A stretch of 64,000 nucleotides of DNA from Octopus sinensis (lineage: Eukaryota), in NCBI RefSeq assembly GCF_006345805.1, contig NC_043005.1:63674001-63738000 (forward strand). The letters run 5' to 3'. This document shows positions 22,400 through 35,871 of this stretch, piece by piece. The notes under the pieces were generated by a model. That model saw nothing but the letters and a program-made list of their open reading frames with translations, was not told the DNA's origin and did not search any database. Within the stretch, counting starts at the first letter, position 1, and each line of letters opens with the position of its first letter. Both the position numbers and the translations under genes were made by a program.

Positions 22400-24135
22400 T
22401 TATTATTATTATTATTGTTATTATTATTGTCTGTGCACTGCTTCTAACGCTGGAGATGTACTACGGTGCCAGCTGTTCACTACCAGTTAACTGAAGTAAC
22501 ACCCCTTATATTTCGAGCACCATCCGGAGCATTCGAGCGGTTCCAAGCAGTGCTGTTTTCTGAACGTGCACCACCCTTATTTCAGCCCCTATTTGCTGTA
22601 TGTAGTTTTCAAAATTTTTACTCACTGTTCCCAGGGCTCTGACAATTATTGGTACTACTACCACCTTTTTCATCGAGCACAACTGCTTAACCTACCACGC
22701 TAACCTGTCATATCTATCGACTTTTCTTTCTTCCCTATCGCAAACCTTGTTGTCGGCTGGGCATGCTATATCTATGATCCAGCATCGTTTGCTTTCTTTC
22801 TCATCTAACACTATGTCTGGCGTCCTGTTCTCTACCCATGGTTGCACTGCATCATAAAATCACATAGGATCTTTGCATTGTCATTTTCGATGATGCCTTC
22901 GGGTTTTTGTTCATGCCACTTTTTTTGCTTGGTCAAGTCCATACTTGTTGCAAAGATTCCAATGGACAATCCTTGCCATATTGTCATGACGTCTCTTATA
23001 TTCTTTCTGGGCTAGTGGCTTACATTGACTGGTAATATGCCATCCGGTTTCACCATTTTGTTCACAGATTCTGCAATTATCACTTACTGATGTGTTGGCT
23101 ATTCTGTATTTGATGTAATTCGTTCTTAGTGCTTGCTCTTGGGCAGCACAGAATAGAGTCTCTGCTTCTGGTTTTAAATCACATTTAGTCATTACTAACC
23201 ATCTCTTTTCTCTGTCTTATCTTCAACATCTTTATGAAATTGTCAATGCATTCTTTTCTTTATCCTCCTATTTTTAGTTATATTCATTCTCAAGTGATTC
23301 TACAGTGCTTTATCTTTGCAATCTTCCATCCTACACAAGCCTGACCTTCTTCCAGTAATAGCGGTTCAGTCGCATTTTTTACATATCATGCTCTAATGCT
23401 GTGTTCGCATCCAATCAGTCCTCTCCCCACTCTACATACAGTCTATCCGTGTCACTTTTTGGGTGGAGTGACCCATATCTAGTCAGTAACTTCCTTGTCT
23501 TCCTATCTAAGCAGTTTAGTTCGTCTACTGTCCATGCGAATACCCCTGCTCCATATCTAAGGAGTGAAACCACCCAGGTGTTGATAGCTTCAATTTTAAT
23601 CCGTCCGTTTAATTTCTATTTAAGGATTAGTCTCAGTCTGCGCACGTACTCCACCTTAAATTTTTCTGTCATTCCTTTCTCAATCAATTTATCCATTTCC
23701 AGAATTCCCAAACACTTATAGCCCGTCTCTTCTATCTGTTTCACAACCTCCCCCGACGGTATCGCTAGCCCGTCCATACATTTGATTTTGTCCCGAACTC
23801 CATTCTGAAATCAGCACTGAAAGTATATGCCGTATCAACGAGAGAACTAACTTGGGATTTGTCTTTACCAAAAGGTTTGAGGTCATCCGTGAATAACAAG
23901 CTGTTGGCTTTTTGTTTGCTGTCAGTTCTGTCCTCCACTTCGCCATACTTTTTCCAAGCACTCGCTCAACGTTCGATGCAAATAAGTTAATATATTCTAT
24001 AATCCAAGAATGTGGGATCATATCGTACGCCTTATCATAATTGATCCATGACATGGCTAAGGCAGTTTTCCTCCTCTTGCAGTCTATAAGTACAGTTTTG
24101 TCAAGCAGGTGTTGATCCTTGGTACCTTTGCACTC
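22400..24135 (-). mobile_element. Second R4/Dong-clade LINE (different family), 5'-truncated, degenerate
   Basis: AMSWINYDKAYDMIPHSWI (RT); LKPEAETLFCAAQEQALRTNY..CRICEQNGETGWHITSQC..YKRRHD (CCHC); RTPDIVLD..IIDIACP (RLE); ends QKTALLGTARMLRMVLEI* with an (AAT)n tail on the minus strand. Confidence 0.9.
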
Positions 24136-24139
24136 AGTT

Positions 24140-24790
24140 TTTGATATTTACTGATTGGAAGTGTTAGCATGGACATTGTTTTGTCTTGATATAAAAGATA
24201 AGTGACAGCAAATATTCTGTTCAATATCACATATTTGCAATGACCTGATGCAGTACCAGGGAGTGACTTTCATAGCTTTTGATCTTTACTTATTGGAAGT
24301 GTTGTCATGTACACTGTTTTGTCTTGGTATAAAAGATGATCTACAGCAAATACTGTGCTCAAAACCACTGATTTGCTTTTTCAGTTGTTTACCCTTACCC
24401 AGTAGGGCATGTTCTTCTGTGGATGACTTTATGTGCATCTCTGATCACGAGCAGAATTTGTTGGGGAGCATCATAGCCGAATATTGAAAGGAATCCTTTG
24501 GGATTTTAAAAATTCACCATTAGAAACATGAGTGTTTTGTTCATCCTTAAAACAAACCTTATTTAGTGACCTTTTGAGCAGAATGAGCTACTCGACCTGA
24601 AGAAAATTCTATCTGGACCCCCACCTGTGCTGCTTATTGTGAGATGAGATCACCATGTCGGGCACATATGGTTGTGATGCTTGTACCTGGTGTACTCTTA
24701 TCAGATGGGCAGTCAATACGAGAATATTGGACTTCATATATTTGTACCCCAGGGTCAATTTGATGGTATGCGCTGCTAACTCACTCGTCG
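24140..24790. mobile_element. ~560-bp non-coding interspersed repeat, copy 1 (with a partial duplication of its left part at 24140-24245)
   Basis: Colinear with 26000-26555 along its length (ttggaagtgtt.tcatgtaca.tgttttg, gtgcatctctgatca, gaagaaaattcta, catatggttgtgatgc). Confidence 0.8.
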
Positions 24791-25124
24791 ACAACAACAA
24801 GAACAGCAACAACAACGGATAAAAGTTAGAACAATAATATCAATAACTACAGTAACATCGATGAAAATTGTGATTCAGTATTATTTTGACAGGAAAAACA
24901 CTGACAACGAAGTAATTGCAGATCATATGACAACAGCATCAAATTATACTTGTCATTACATTTTCTTGCAACAACCCATACAATGTCAGACAATAAATAT
25001 ACAGTCTGGTTTTAAAACAAGTTTTTAAAAAGTGGAGAAACCTATTGAAAAAATAAAACATGTCTTTCTTGCATGAAGCCTTTTAAAAGTATGCTGTATC
25101 CATCTTAAGAAGTATCTCTTATAG

Positions 25125-25344
25125 ATGTTTGGATTTTTTAAAAAATGATATCAGCAACAGACCAAGTTCGCCCAGCATTGTTGGTGGAAATGATGCATCT
25201 GAATTTCTGCTTGGTAGTTTTTTCAGTAGCAAATATCCACATCACCTCATGTCAAGTAAAACATCGAGTACTAGTTCATACAGTAAAACATTGTTAGTAA
25301 GGAAACTAATGTCGCATTTTGCCGAGAGACCGCTAATGTTTTAG
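25125..25344 (+). CDS. Candidate terminal exon (CLDFLKNDISNRPSSPS...FAERPLMF*)
   Basis: tctcttatag acceptor; 72 open codons in unique sequence; no homology recognised. Confidence 0.2.
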
Positions 25345-25469
25345 TGTTTTTAACACAATACTTCTATGAGAAACAATTTCTCAACACGAATACCACAGTT
25401 TCAAAAGGCTTTCAGCATAATCACATTGTAAGGGTGTATGAAGATGGCTGATATCAGTATCATTAGCAA

Positions 25470-25925
25470 TAATAACCCTTTCAACTATAGACACTAGGTG
25501 TGGAAGTTTGTGTGCGTATGCAGCGGAGAGGTAATCAACATCGAACCTAGTCCTAACCTGGTACTTATTTTATCGACCACGAAAGGATGAAAGTTGACCT
25601 CAGCGGAATTTGAACTCAGAATGGAAACTAGACGAAACGCCTCAAAGCGTTTAACCCAGCATGCTAACGAATCTGACAGTTAGCCACCTTAGCAATATTG
25701 GTTTCAAATTTTGGCACTTTTGATTAAGTGCCAGCAAAATACTGGGATCGATGTAATCGATGGACACCCTCCCTCGAATTACTGTGCTCAATTAGTACTT
25801 ATTTTATCCACCCCAGAAGAGTGAAAGGCAAAGTCGACTTCGGCGGTACTTGAGCTCGGAAAGTAAAAACGGACTAAATGCCGCTAAGCATTCCGTGCTG
25901 AAACCTCTACCAGCTCACTGCCTTA
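25470..25925 (-). mobile_element. Two tandem SINE family A copies
   Basis: Two core motifs with heads at ~25690 and ~25925, followed by (AAT)n. Confidence 0.8.
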
Positions 25926-25974
<49 letters not shown>

Positions 25975-25999
25975 TAATAATAATAATAATAATAATAAA

Positions 26000-26555
26000 A
26001 TGCCCTGATCCAGTACTAGACACTGGCTCTCATGGATTCTGATCTTAACTGATTGGAAGTGTTATCATGTACATTGTTTTGCCTTGGTACAAAAGATGGG
26101 CTACAGTAAATATTCTGCTCAGTACCACAGATTTGCTTGTCAGTTGTTTGACCGTAACCAGTTGACCATGTCCATTACTAGCTGACGATTAGTGCATCTC
26201 TGATCATGAGCAGAAGTAGTGGGGAGCATCGTAGCCGGGTGTTGAGTGCAATTGTTTTGGGTTTGGATAATTCACCTTTGGAAACATGAGTAGTTCGTTC
26301 AACATCCTTAAACAACCCTTATTCAGGGACCTTTTGAGCGGGATGGGCTACTAGACCAGAAGAAAATTCTAACTGGGTCCCACCTGCAAGGTCATGCACT
26401 GTTTATCTTAATATGAGGTCACCATGTCTCACACATATGGTTGTGATGCATGTGCCTGGTGTACCCTTATCAGACGGGGAGTCATGATGTGTATACTGGG
26501 CTTCGTATATTTTACCCCAGTGTCACTTTGATGGCATGCATTGCTCTCTCACTCA
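26000..26555. mobile_element. ~560-bp non-coding interspersed repeat, copy 2, embedded in (AAT)n
   Basis: (AAT)n on both sides; homologous to 24250-24790. Confidence 0.8.
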
Positions 26556-26724
26556 ATAAAAATAATAATAAATTAGAATTTCCTTCATTTGCGATTCAGT
26601 GTCGAGAATAATAATGATGTGACCCTTGTTAATATTAGTCCTAAGCAAGCCTTGACTTATCAAAAGGCGTTTTAGTTTTGACCATTCCGTTTTTCTTTAT
26701 TGATGCTGAGTATCGAGGACACAA

Positions 26725-27172
26725 TCGAGGCCAGTAATTCGAGGGAGGATGTCCATCGATTACATCGATCCCAGTGTTTTGCTGGAATTTAATCTATCGA
26801 CCGGAAAAGATGAAAGGCAGAGTCGACCTCGACAGAATTTGAACTCAGATCATAAGGGCGGTCGAAATGCCGCTAAGCATTTTGCCCAGCGTGTTAACGG
26901 TTCTGCCAGCTCGCCACCTTAGTATCAAGGACAATATTTTTCAATAAATCATTCTTGTATCAGGCGGTAAAGTGTGATTTGCAGGAGATTTTGTTATTTG
27001 ATATGAGGGGCAAGTGGATTACATCCATCTAGTACCCGACTGGTACTTATTTTATCCACCCGAAAGGATGAAAGGAAAGTCGAATTCGGCAGAATTTGAG
27101 CTCGGAGCATAAACACACTCAAAATACCACTAAGCATTGCGTGTTAAAAATTGTACCAGCTCACTGCCTTAG
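26725..27172 (-). mobile_element. Two further SINE family A copies
   Basis: Core motifs at ~26750-26920 and ~27010-27170. Confidence 0.8.
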
Positions 27173-28699
27173 GAATAATAATATTAAATTAGAATTTCCT
27201 TCATTTGTGAACAAGGGTCAAGAATAATAATTCTAGCTGGTGAAGCGAATACAGAAAGGTTTCGAATTTGAAGATCTATTAGATTGGAAGAAATTGAACT
27301 CCTCGTAGTATTCTTAATTTCGGTATTTTGAATAAGATTTTTAATAGAAAAGCTGAATTATATGCATAGGAAATGTTAATATCACTTACTATATATTGAT
27401 CAAACCCGTGAATTGCCAATCTTTAGTTTGGAATCAACTTGTGTCACATTATCGCCATTAGAGTAATTTAGTTCACTTCACATATTAAATATGCCATGTT
27501 CTAACTGAATTTAGTGGAAGTTTAGCATAAACTAACCATGAAAATAAAACATGTGATGACCAGTATCAATTTAATTGATTATGAGTCCAAATTGACATTC
27601 TCATTTGAACATTTTCTCGTGGTTCTAGCAAATCTTAACCAAGCTAATTAGAACATCAAAAAGTATTATGTCTCTTCTAGTCCTCTTTATAAAAATATGT
27701 ATTTAATTTTTTTAATTTAATAACTTCTATGCATTGAGTTAAGAGATCCAACCAGCTAAAGCATCAAAATTGTAAAATTTTCAAGTAAACTTCATTGGAA
27801 CAATGCATCTCTCGAGTACATATCGTAGGCTGATATAAATGGAACTTTAACAATGATGAATTACTCGAAATATCTCTTATAGAATTTGAGGCGGTTTTAT
27901 TTGTAAAATAATGAAAGAAAATGTTTCACGAAATACCACAAATGAAAGTATTAGATACACATTTAAGTTATATGAAAGCTATACAAATTGAGAGTGTTAT
28001 AAAGTTATCATTAGATATTTTTAGGTTTAAAATTTACAATAATACATTCAACACCACATTCGTAGTCAAAAAAAGAAAATTCTATATTAAGAAGTACGAT
28101 AAATATGATAATCTTTGAAAACTATAAATTAATTTCAGAGCAGTAGAAATGGTATTAATATTGTTTCTATATCGTTGCTAATAAACAGAAAGAAATGACG
28201 ATATTCAATCAGAGTAGCCACAAATTGTGCTACTTTTTTTAAACGTAGCAGTATGAAGACTTCAAATCTATGATGGATTTTAATCGTCATCTTAAATGGA
28301 ATTATGTAAACAGGTTCTTTATTATGCAAATCATATTAAATTTGCAACTAATTATCTGAAGACTGTGAATACTACTGATTACGAGAAATTAATGTTCATT
28401 TTAATCAAACACAAATTAAGCTGCAGAATTATACCCCTTGTTCATATGTTATACACATCGGCACTTTTCCAGTAAATTTTTTTTTTAATTGAGTTGTTTA
28501 CTTTAATTCACAGTTATATTTTAGTAATTATCGTCTGAAAATCTACCTGTCAGTACTTCAAGAATATTAAAAAAAAAAAACGATAATTTATAGCAAAGTG
28601 CAAAATCTCTCTTTGATTTATATATCATATACCGCCAAGTTAAATCTTCGTAAAAGTTTACTCGGACATTCTTCCTATCGGACAACTTGTAAAATAGCT

Positions 28700-30390
28700 G
28701 ATGCCATTGACTCTTCATTTAAAATTCAAATTAATTCTGCAACATATCGTGGTCCAAAATACTGGCATTAAAATTATACCATTATGGTATTCGAGGTATT
28801 ACAAAGAAGAATTTTAGATGTTAAGAAGCAGATAAAATATATTTAGTTTCAAGTACCGCCACAACTATGGCAATTAATTGTAGCACAATGTTCATCTAGT
28901 TTCTAGTGTTTGGACAACCCCAGTAACGTTCTACTTAACTTTCTACTTAAACGATATGCATGCAACACGAAATATAATAAAAGAGATCCAATATATAGAT
29001 ATCGCAATACCGTGTCACGTTCTTTTTTACGTATAGATAATAACGTTAAGTGTGCACATAACATGTTAATGTAATCAACTAAAAAGACAAAATTCCTTCA
29101 TTTCGAACTCAGTTACGTTCATCTCTATTCCCTTGTGCAGCCACATCTAAATTAAGATGCATTCTAGCTCGAGGAGCTGTGAGCAAATTGGTACGAACCG
29201 AACAATCGCATTATGCATGAAGAAAATATATTAGACACAGTGCGTGACTGAGAAAATTCTGTATTTGTATATGCATTTGGTTAAGTATTTCTACTACTAC
29301 AAATTGGTCGTAGTTGGTGTTTATCAATGCAGTTTACATCTACTTGGTTGGTATTTAGATGCAAATATTCACTAAATCTAGTAGATGGGTTATCGAACCT
29401 TTACCACATCTTTCTATTGTGTATGCGATGCATAAGCTGCTCTAAATTAGCAGGGTTGGCCTAGGATACCTTCACGGTGTGCCAATTAAAGATAGCATGA
29501 TACCGATTAGATTTTAAGAAAACACCTGTCCAAAGCAGCAAAAAGCTTTCCAGCGATCTTGGTTGAAACATGCAAACCGAAAATCGGGTTGTACCAGAAG
29601 ACATCGTGATTCCTATATCCTTTATCTGAGTTCTCAAACGGTAATGTTGTGGTGGTATACAATGTGCATCGCATTTGGAAGACTTACCAGTGTTGTGTAT
29701 GCCTGCTTCTTTTATATATTGGATTTTCTCACGGTACCCATCCCTAGCTAGAACAGTATTATAATAAGATGCACGAGGAGATTCGAAACAGATAATCTAC
29801 AGATTCTTGTAGAAATGTTCTTAACTAGTCCCCGTATAATCGAAGGTGGAAGGTTGGGCGCTACGTTAGCGTACTTAATATGATCATTTGGCTTATGAAA
29901 TGGTTCAAATAATTCAGTATCAAGATAGAAGGTAGCGTCAAGAAAATTCACTCTACGACAATCTTTGCCTATAGTAATTTTTACTGCTAAATTTTTGAAA
30001 TGCCTAAAGTAAATTTTCCCATGCTTTTCTAACTGTACTTTATTACTTCTGTCTAGAAAAAATAAGGCGGTGTCCCTATATAGACCCCCTGTTACTTCCG
30101 GAAAGGAAGACTGGATTAATGAAAGGATATATATTCGACTGGGTCACTGCTCTGAGCAGAATCATGTTAGCCCATTGCTATATCAAATACATCCTCCCTA
30201 TCTAATCTACTCCATAATACACCATCAAAATATACTAGAGTGGCTCGCGCGGGTTGATAGTGGCATAGTAGCTCTCTGTATCTAGTTGCAAGAATTTACT
30301 ATTCTTACTAATTTCTAGAAGCTTGAACCATCCAACCACCTCTTGGGTGTCAGAGCAAATGGATAATCTAATTTTAGACTTAAGGATGGG
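28700..30390 (-). mobile_element. Degenerate Penelope-like element with RT and GIY-YIG
   Basis: EVVGWFK..FLQLDTESYYATI, FDIAMG, YRDTAL, VNFLDATFYL..PFHKPND..NLPPSII, WYNPIF..IFNWHTVKVS, then YIGS..LLGLSKH, across stops and frameshifts. Confidence 0.8.
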
Positions 30391-30410
30391 TATTAATTAC
30401 TCTAGCAATG

Positions 30411-30514
<104 letters not shown>

Positions 30515-30659
30515 AAGACCCGGAGACAGATAGATAGATATGTTACTTTATGGCCACACAGGGCTGAACACAGAGAGGACAAAATACAAAGTAGAGCTTT
30601 TCTTTTTGGGAAGAAGAGAAAAAAGTGGGTCGAATTCCGATCAAAAGGGATCGTGTAAA

Positions 30660-31300
30660 TAAAAGGTGGGGACGATCAATAGGGATCGAGTATCACAGAA
30701 ATGTCAATGTAAAAATGGGAAACGGATTAGGTTTATCTGTGGAAAGAAAAGCATACGGAAAAGACCACGGGAACCTTTGGCAATAGTGTCATGCAAAAAA
30801 AAAACACATTACATAAGTAGATCTCTTTTTCCTTTCTTTTTTTTTTGTTTTTTGGTTCATAGAATTATGCTCAAGTTGGTTCCGTCATTCACACGTGTCA
30901 TCCTTGCTACATTCACCCATCTTTTTTTGAAAAATCCACTAGACAAAACTTCCCTCTCTACTCTCACCTTCCTCTTCAAGTGATACTTGAAGAAGTTGAT
31001 GATAGATTCACCAGAGAGGAAAGTGTTTCTCTCTAGACCTTTCAGGCGCATCCACCATACACATTCTTTCGCCATAGCCTCAAGTACGATGTAAATGGCT
31101 CTTCATGCCCGTTTGAAGGAAAAAGGCACGACAATATATTCACGAAAGACTTGGTTGATAAACTGACTCGTCGCACACGCGATAGCAGTCGTTCGACATA
31201 GGCCCATAGGCCGGAAATGGCTGGACACTGCACGAGTGCATGCAGAACTGTTTCGTCGCTCTGATCTCATCTCGGGCAGGTCGTCTCCGTGTTTCTAAAG
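30660..31300 (-). mobile_element. Tx1/L1-clade LINE 3' end
   Basis: ETVLHALVQCPAISGLWAYVERLL and AKECVWWMRLKG..INFFKYHLKRKVRVE..KRWVNVAR*, followed by a 3' UTR. Confidence 0.8.
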
Positions 31301-31329
31301 CTGTGTTTGCAGAGTTTATCCCGAGCGGG

Positions 31330-31630
31330 TTGCACTTGTATTTATTCTATCAGTCACAGTTGCCGAACTGCTAAATTTCGGGAACGTAAACACTAAAACC
31401 GGTTGTTAAGCAGTGATGCGGAACTAGCATAGACACACACTCACACAAACACACATATATATATATATATATATACATCTACAACGGGCTTCATCCAGTT
31501 TCCGTTTACCAATTCTACACACAAGGCTTTGTTTGGCTCGAGGCTATGCTAGAAGACACTTGCTAAATGTGTTAGGCAGTGGGATTGAACCTGGAACCAT
31601 GGAATCATGTGGCTAAGAAGCAAGCTTCTT
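31330..31630 (-). mobile_element. SINE family B
   Basis: tRNA-like head (aagaagcttgc..ggttcaatcccactg on the minus strand), internal (CA)/(TA) microsatellite, shared body. Confidence 0.8.
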
Positions 31631-31829
31631 TATTTTATGAAATATGCCATAAAGGCAGTACACAGATGGGACGAAGAAGGACAGACAAACACAAAGGAGG
31701 AAGAAGTTGCTTTTAGTTAAAAATTAATGTTCGTATGAATGATATGATTACAGACGTAATTTTAAAATTTATTTACATAAATATTGTTGCAAAAAGGAAC
31801 AATTTGCTTCGGAAGGAAAGGAATCCAGC

Positions 31830-32750
31830 CATCTGGGTAGAACCTTTGCTTTCTACCACCGACGCCACTTACCTGGTGCCGGTCACTCTCAATCTGCTTG
31901 CTACCAGCTTCCATCTTTTTACAAATATACTCAGTGACAAGCACCTCTTCTCCAGCCTGATCTTACTGGTTGCTAAATCAGTTTACCAACCCGTGGCGGG
32001 AGACGAAGGTACCTGTCACTATCCGTCTTACAAGCGTCTTCCATACTGTTTCTTCCAGTCGGCTACTACGCAGAAAAAAAACAAGCCTTCCTTTCCCTAT
32101 TAAGGGAGGGAGGCGGCACAATCTCGATGATAGACTGTACTCTTCCCATCGATGACAACGGTTGTTCTGCGAAAGCTATCAGTCCCTTTAATAGCGGACA
32201 CTCCTCAAATGCGTGCAAGACGGTTTCCCTTTCCTGCCCGCACCTCGGACATGTCGGCGAGACGGCACTTCCGTGCCTTGACAGTTTATCTCGAACAAGT
32301 AACGCCGCACGGAAGCACTGCTAAGCCAGGGATTTCTGGTAATTATGCAGATACCCCGGCCCGAACGTTCTCGTGAACAGGTTGATCAACTGATTTTCAT
32401 CGAAGCCCAATGTCTCCCCCAAGACATCTTCGGACATACAGCCCTCTAACTCGCTATAAATATCCGCAGTGGTACTCCTGCTGCCGGCATTGCCCGCCCG
32501 AGAGAGTAACTGAAGTGCTTGACGGCATTCCAATTGCCAGTCTCCCAGCCTAGGTCACTGCTTGACCCATGCTCCAATTTCCGTTAAGGACGTTAAACGC
32601 GGAAGGTAGAACCGGACGTGCGGTGACTACACCTGCTTCCCATCCAGGTAAAGCCAGAGGTGCCTCAACCTAAACTCGAGTTTTCGCATCTTCAGCCAAG
32701 GCATCCCTAACCCAGCCTTTAGCAGTTTCTGGCAGCAGACAGCGCTTCAC
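31830..32750 (-). mobile_element. Second Tx1/L1-clade LINE 3' fragment
   Basis: LGMPWLKMRK..LRHLW, ECRQAL, VRDKLSRHG..PTCPRCGQERETVLHAFEECP (zf-RVT type knuckle). Confidence 0.82.
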
Positions 32751-32764
32751 AAGCGGCTTTCCTT

Positions 32765-33553
32765 CCTTCCACCAAAAGCGGAAAGCTCGATAAATGGGTA
32801 CCTTATGAGCTCAATGAAAATCAAAAAGTTCGGTCTTTTAATGTGTGCTCGATGCTCTTTCTGCGAAACACCAATGATCTCTTTTTTGACCGAATAATCA
32901 CTTGTGACGAAAAGTGGATCCTTTATGATAACCTTAAACGATCAGGTCAATGACTTGATTGTGAGGAGTCCACCAAACTTTTCCCAAAGCCAAAGTTGCA
33001 TCAGCAAAAGATTATGGTGACTGTCTGGTGGTCTACAAATGATGTTGTCCATTAAGGCTTTCTGGAATCCAATCAGAGCATTACAGCAGAGGTTTACTGC
33101 AACCAGTTCGCTGAAATACATGCTCACTCGCAAAAAATGAGATCTGCATTGATGAATCGACGTGGCCCAATTCTGCTCCACGATAATTGAAGGCCACATG
33201 TTGTAAGAATGACGCTGCAGAAACTCACAGACTTGGGATACGAGACTTTACCACATCCTTCATATTCTCCTGATCTTTCACCCATTGACTACCATTTTTT
33301 AAAGCATTTAATCATGTTTTTAAGTGATAAAACTTTCAGGTTTAAACCAGAGGTGGAATTAGCTTTTAAAGATTTCTTAGCATCAAAGCCAATAAGTTTT
33401 TATCAACGAGGCATAAATAATCTCGTTGATTGATGGCAGAGATACATAGATGATCACGACTCGTACTTTGACTAATCAAAACATTTCTATTGTTAATTTT
33501 TCCAGAATAAAATTAGGTTTCTGAAATCGGCCATTATTTTCGGAACAACCTAA
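32765..33553 (+). mobile_element. Hsmar1/cecropia-like mariner, 5'-truncated, with 3' TIR
   Basis: KLDKWVPYEL, IITCDEKWILYDN, LLHDN, HPSYSPDLSPIDYHFLK; TIR-like aaatcggccattattttcggaacaacctaa. Confidence 0.9.
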
Positions 33554-34989
33554 AAAGTTTCAGAGAGAAAGCTACTATAGAAGACTCATAGTACAATAAT
33601 AACTGTATAATAACACTTTATTCTCCGATTTGAAGCGACAATTTATGAATAGAAACAAATGACTGAAAAATGATGAGCCAGAATCGAACCCATAAATCAA
33701 GCCTATATGTATGAGTGTGTGAGTATGTGTGCATGTGTTTGTATGTATTGCTTGTATGTATATATACATATATATTTGCTTGTATACTGAAATTTTTAAT
33801 TTTCTTTTATTTTCCATTGTTTCGTACATATGTGTTCATAAATAATGCAGGAAAAGTATATAACAGTATCGGAGAATACAACAGAAGTGAATATAACAAT
33901 AAAAACGTATTTAAATGTCAGATGTGAGTCTCTCACGATATAAATGTTCCAGTCTGAACACACAATAACGGATCGAGTTACTTGTCAAGCAAATACAATT
34001 CTCAAAGCATTTGTGGTAAACAAAACGAAATGATCTACCGTCATTGCATGATGTATCTTTAGCATCGCTACTCCTAGCAGTAGTGTTTCAAAACAGTGCA
34101 ATTTGTTTATCTGAGAAATATTTCATCTTAAAGACTCCACCTCTCCCCCGGGTGGTCTATGTTGAGATATTCAACACCGCCTCTGATCTCTTGGCTGCCT
34201 TTTGTGAAGATCACAGTGTTACAACCGTTCGGGTTGAGAAGGAACGAGCAGAAAAGGGGGGAAAACAAAACCGTATTACTGACGTCAATATTAATGACTT
34301 ATGACGATGATGATCACGATGACGGCACTGATGATGATGATGATGATGACGACGACGATGACAATGATGATGATGGGCAGGGCGGATGGGGATGGTGGTG
34401 GACGTTTATGATAACAACAACGAAAACAAAACAATAATAATTCTATTCGTTCAAAGTGGTGATGAATGAGACAAGAGTACAATACCGGTAATTAGATAGA
34501 AAACAGCCACCGTTTGAGCGGTTGTTTGCCATCCATTGTACAGTCAGTCACGCTCAGAAGCAACATAACTAGCTATGTCTATTTATGCGAGTGTTCTCAA
34601 TGAAAGGGAAAATGTCATTTTTCATCTGCACGTTAGTTAGTTTGGCAGCCGTGATTGGAGGCGGAATGGCGTATGCAATGTCTCTACAGTTTGCTGAAAA
34701 TGCAGTTAAAGTGTAGAAGCGGTTTACAGTTGTCTGTTTCTATTACACTTTGCTTACACACACGCACTCTGTTGTTTGTAATTTAATTTCAGTATTCGTC
34801 GAACGGATTTATGCGTTTATCTTTCAGTTATCGAACTGTGGTTATGCTGGGGCAACGTCTTAAAGGGTTTAGTCAAATATACTGACCCCAGTACTTATGT
34901 TTGATGAGAGCTAATCTGGGACTAAACAACTGCAGTGAAAATTAATTTGAAAAGATAAAATCGAACCTGTGGCGTCCCTAAATACCTTG

Positions 34990-35259
34990 CTTTGCAACCA
35001 CTTAGTATCGGGTTCAGTCCCACCACGCAGTACATTGGTGTTGCATCTTTTATTATAGTCTCGGGGTAAGCAGTGCCTTGCGAATGAATCTGCAGACGGA
35101 AACTGTGTGGAAGTCCATTGTGTATATATATATGTATATATACATATATATACATATGTGTGTATGTATCTATGTACACGTTTATATATATATATATATG
35201 TGTGGTGTGTGTGTGTGTGTGCGTGTGTGTGTGCATCTATGTACACCTGTATATATATA

Positions 35260-35316
<57 letters not shown>

Positions 35317-35545
35317 TTCTATGTATGAATTATGTGCGGACGCCTTTGTCTCCGTGTTTGTTCACCACTTCTTCTTGAAATGGTGTTGGTTTGTTTATGT
35401 TGCCACGACTCAACGCTTAGGCGAAAAGAGATAGAAGGAATACGAGACATAAAAAAAAACTGTAGTAAGAGCGATTTATTCGATTAAGTCCGTCAAGGTG
35501 GTGCCCCATCTTGGCCGCAACTGAATGACTAGAACATGAGAGAAA
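34990..35545 (+). mobile_element. SINE family B with expanded internal (TA)/(TG) microsatellite
   Basis: gggttcagtcccacc head, gacggaaactg body, tail aggtggtgccccatc.tggccgca..aatgact. Confidence 0.7.
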
Positions 35546-35799
35546 GCAAAGCAGAAGTGTACATGTGCAGTATACTACGTCGTTAGTCGTCATTGTTAAC
35601 TCTTCGCTGTTCCTCGATTTACTGGAAATAGGGGACATGAATATAGGCGTTTACTAGAAAGAGTGGTCAGGAACATGCAGACGCATTTTCAGTTTTGCGG
35701 AGGCCTGGACAAGTTTCTTTCAGAAGATTGGTGGTTACATATGCGTGCATGCAAATCGCTTCCATAATTTAGTTCTTTCTTTCTCCGTTCTCTCTCCCG

Positions 35800-35871
<72 letters not shown>

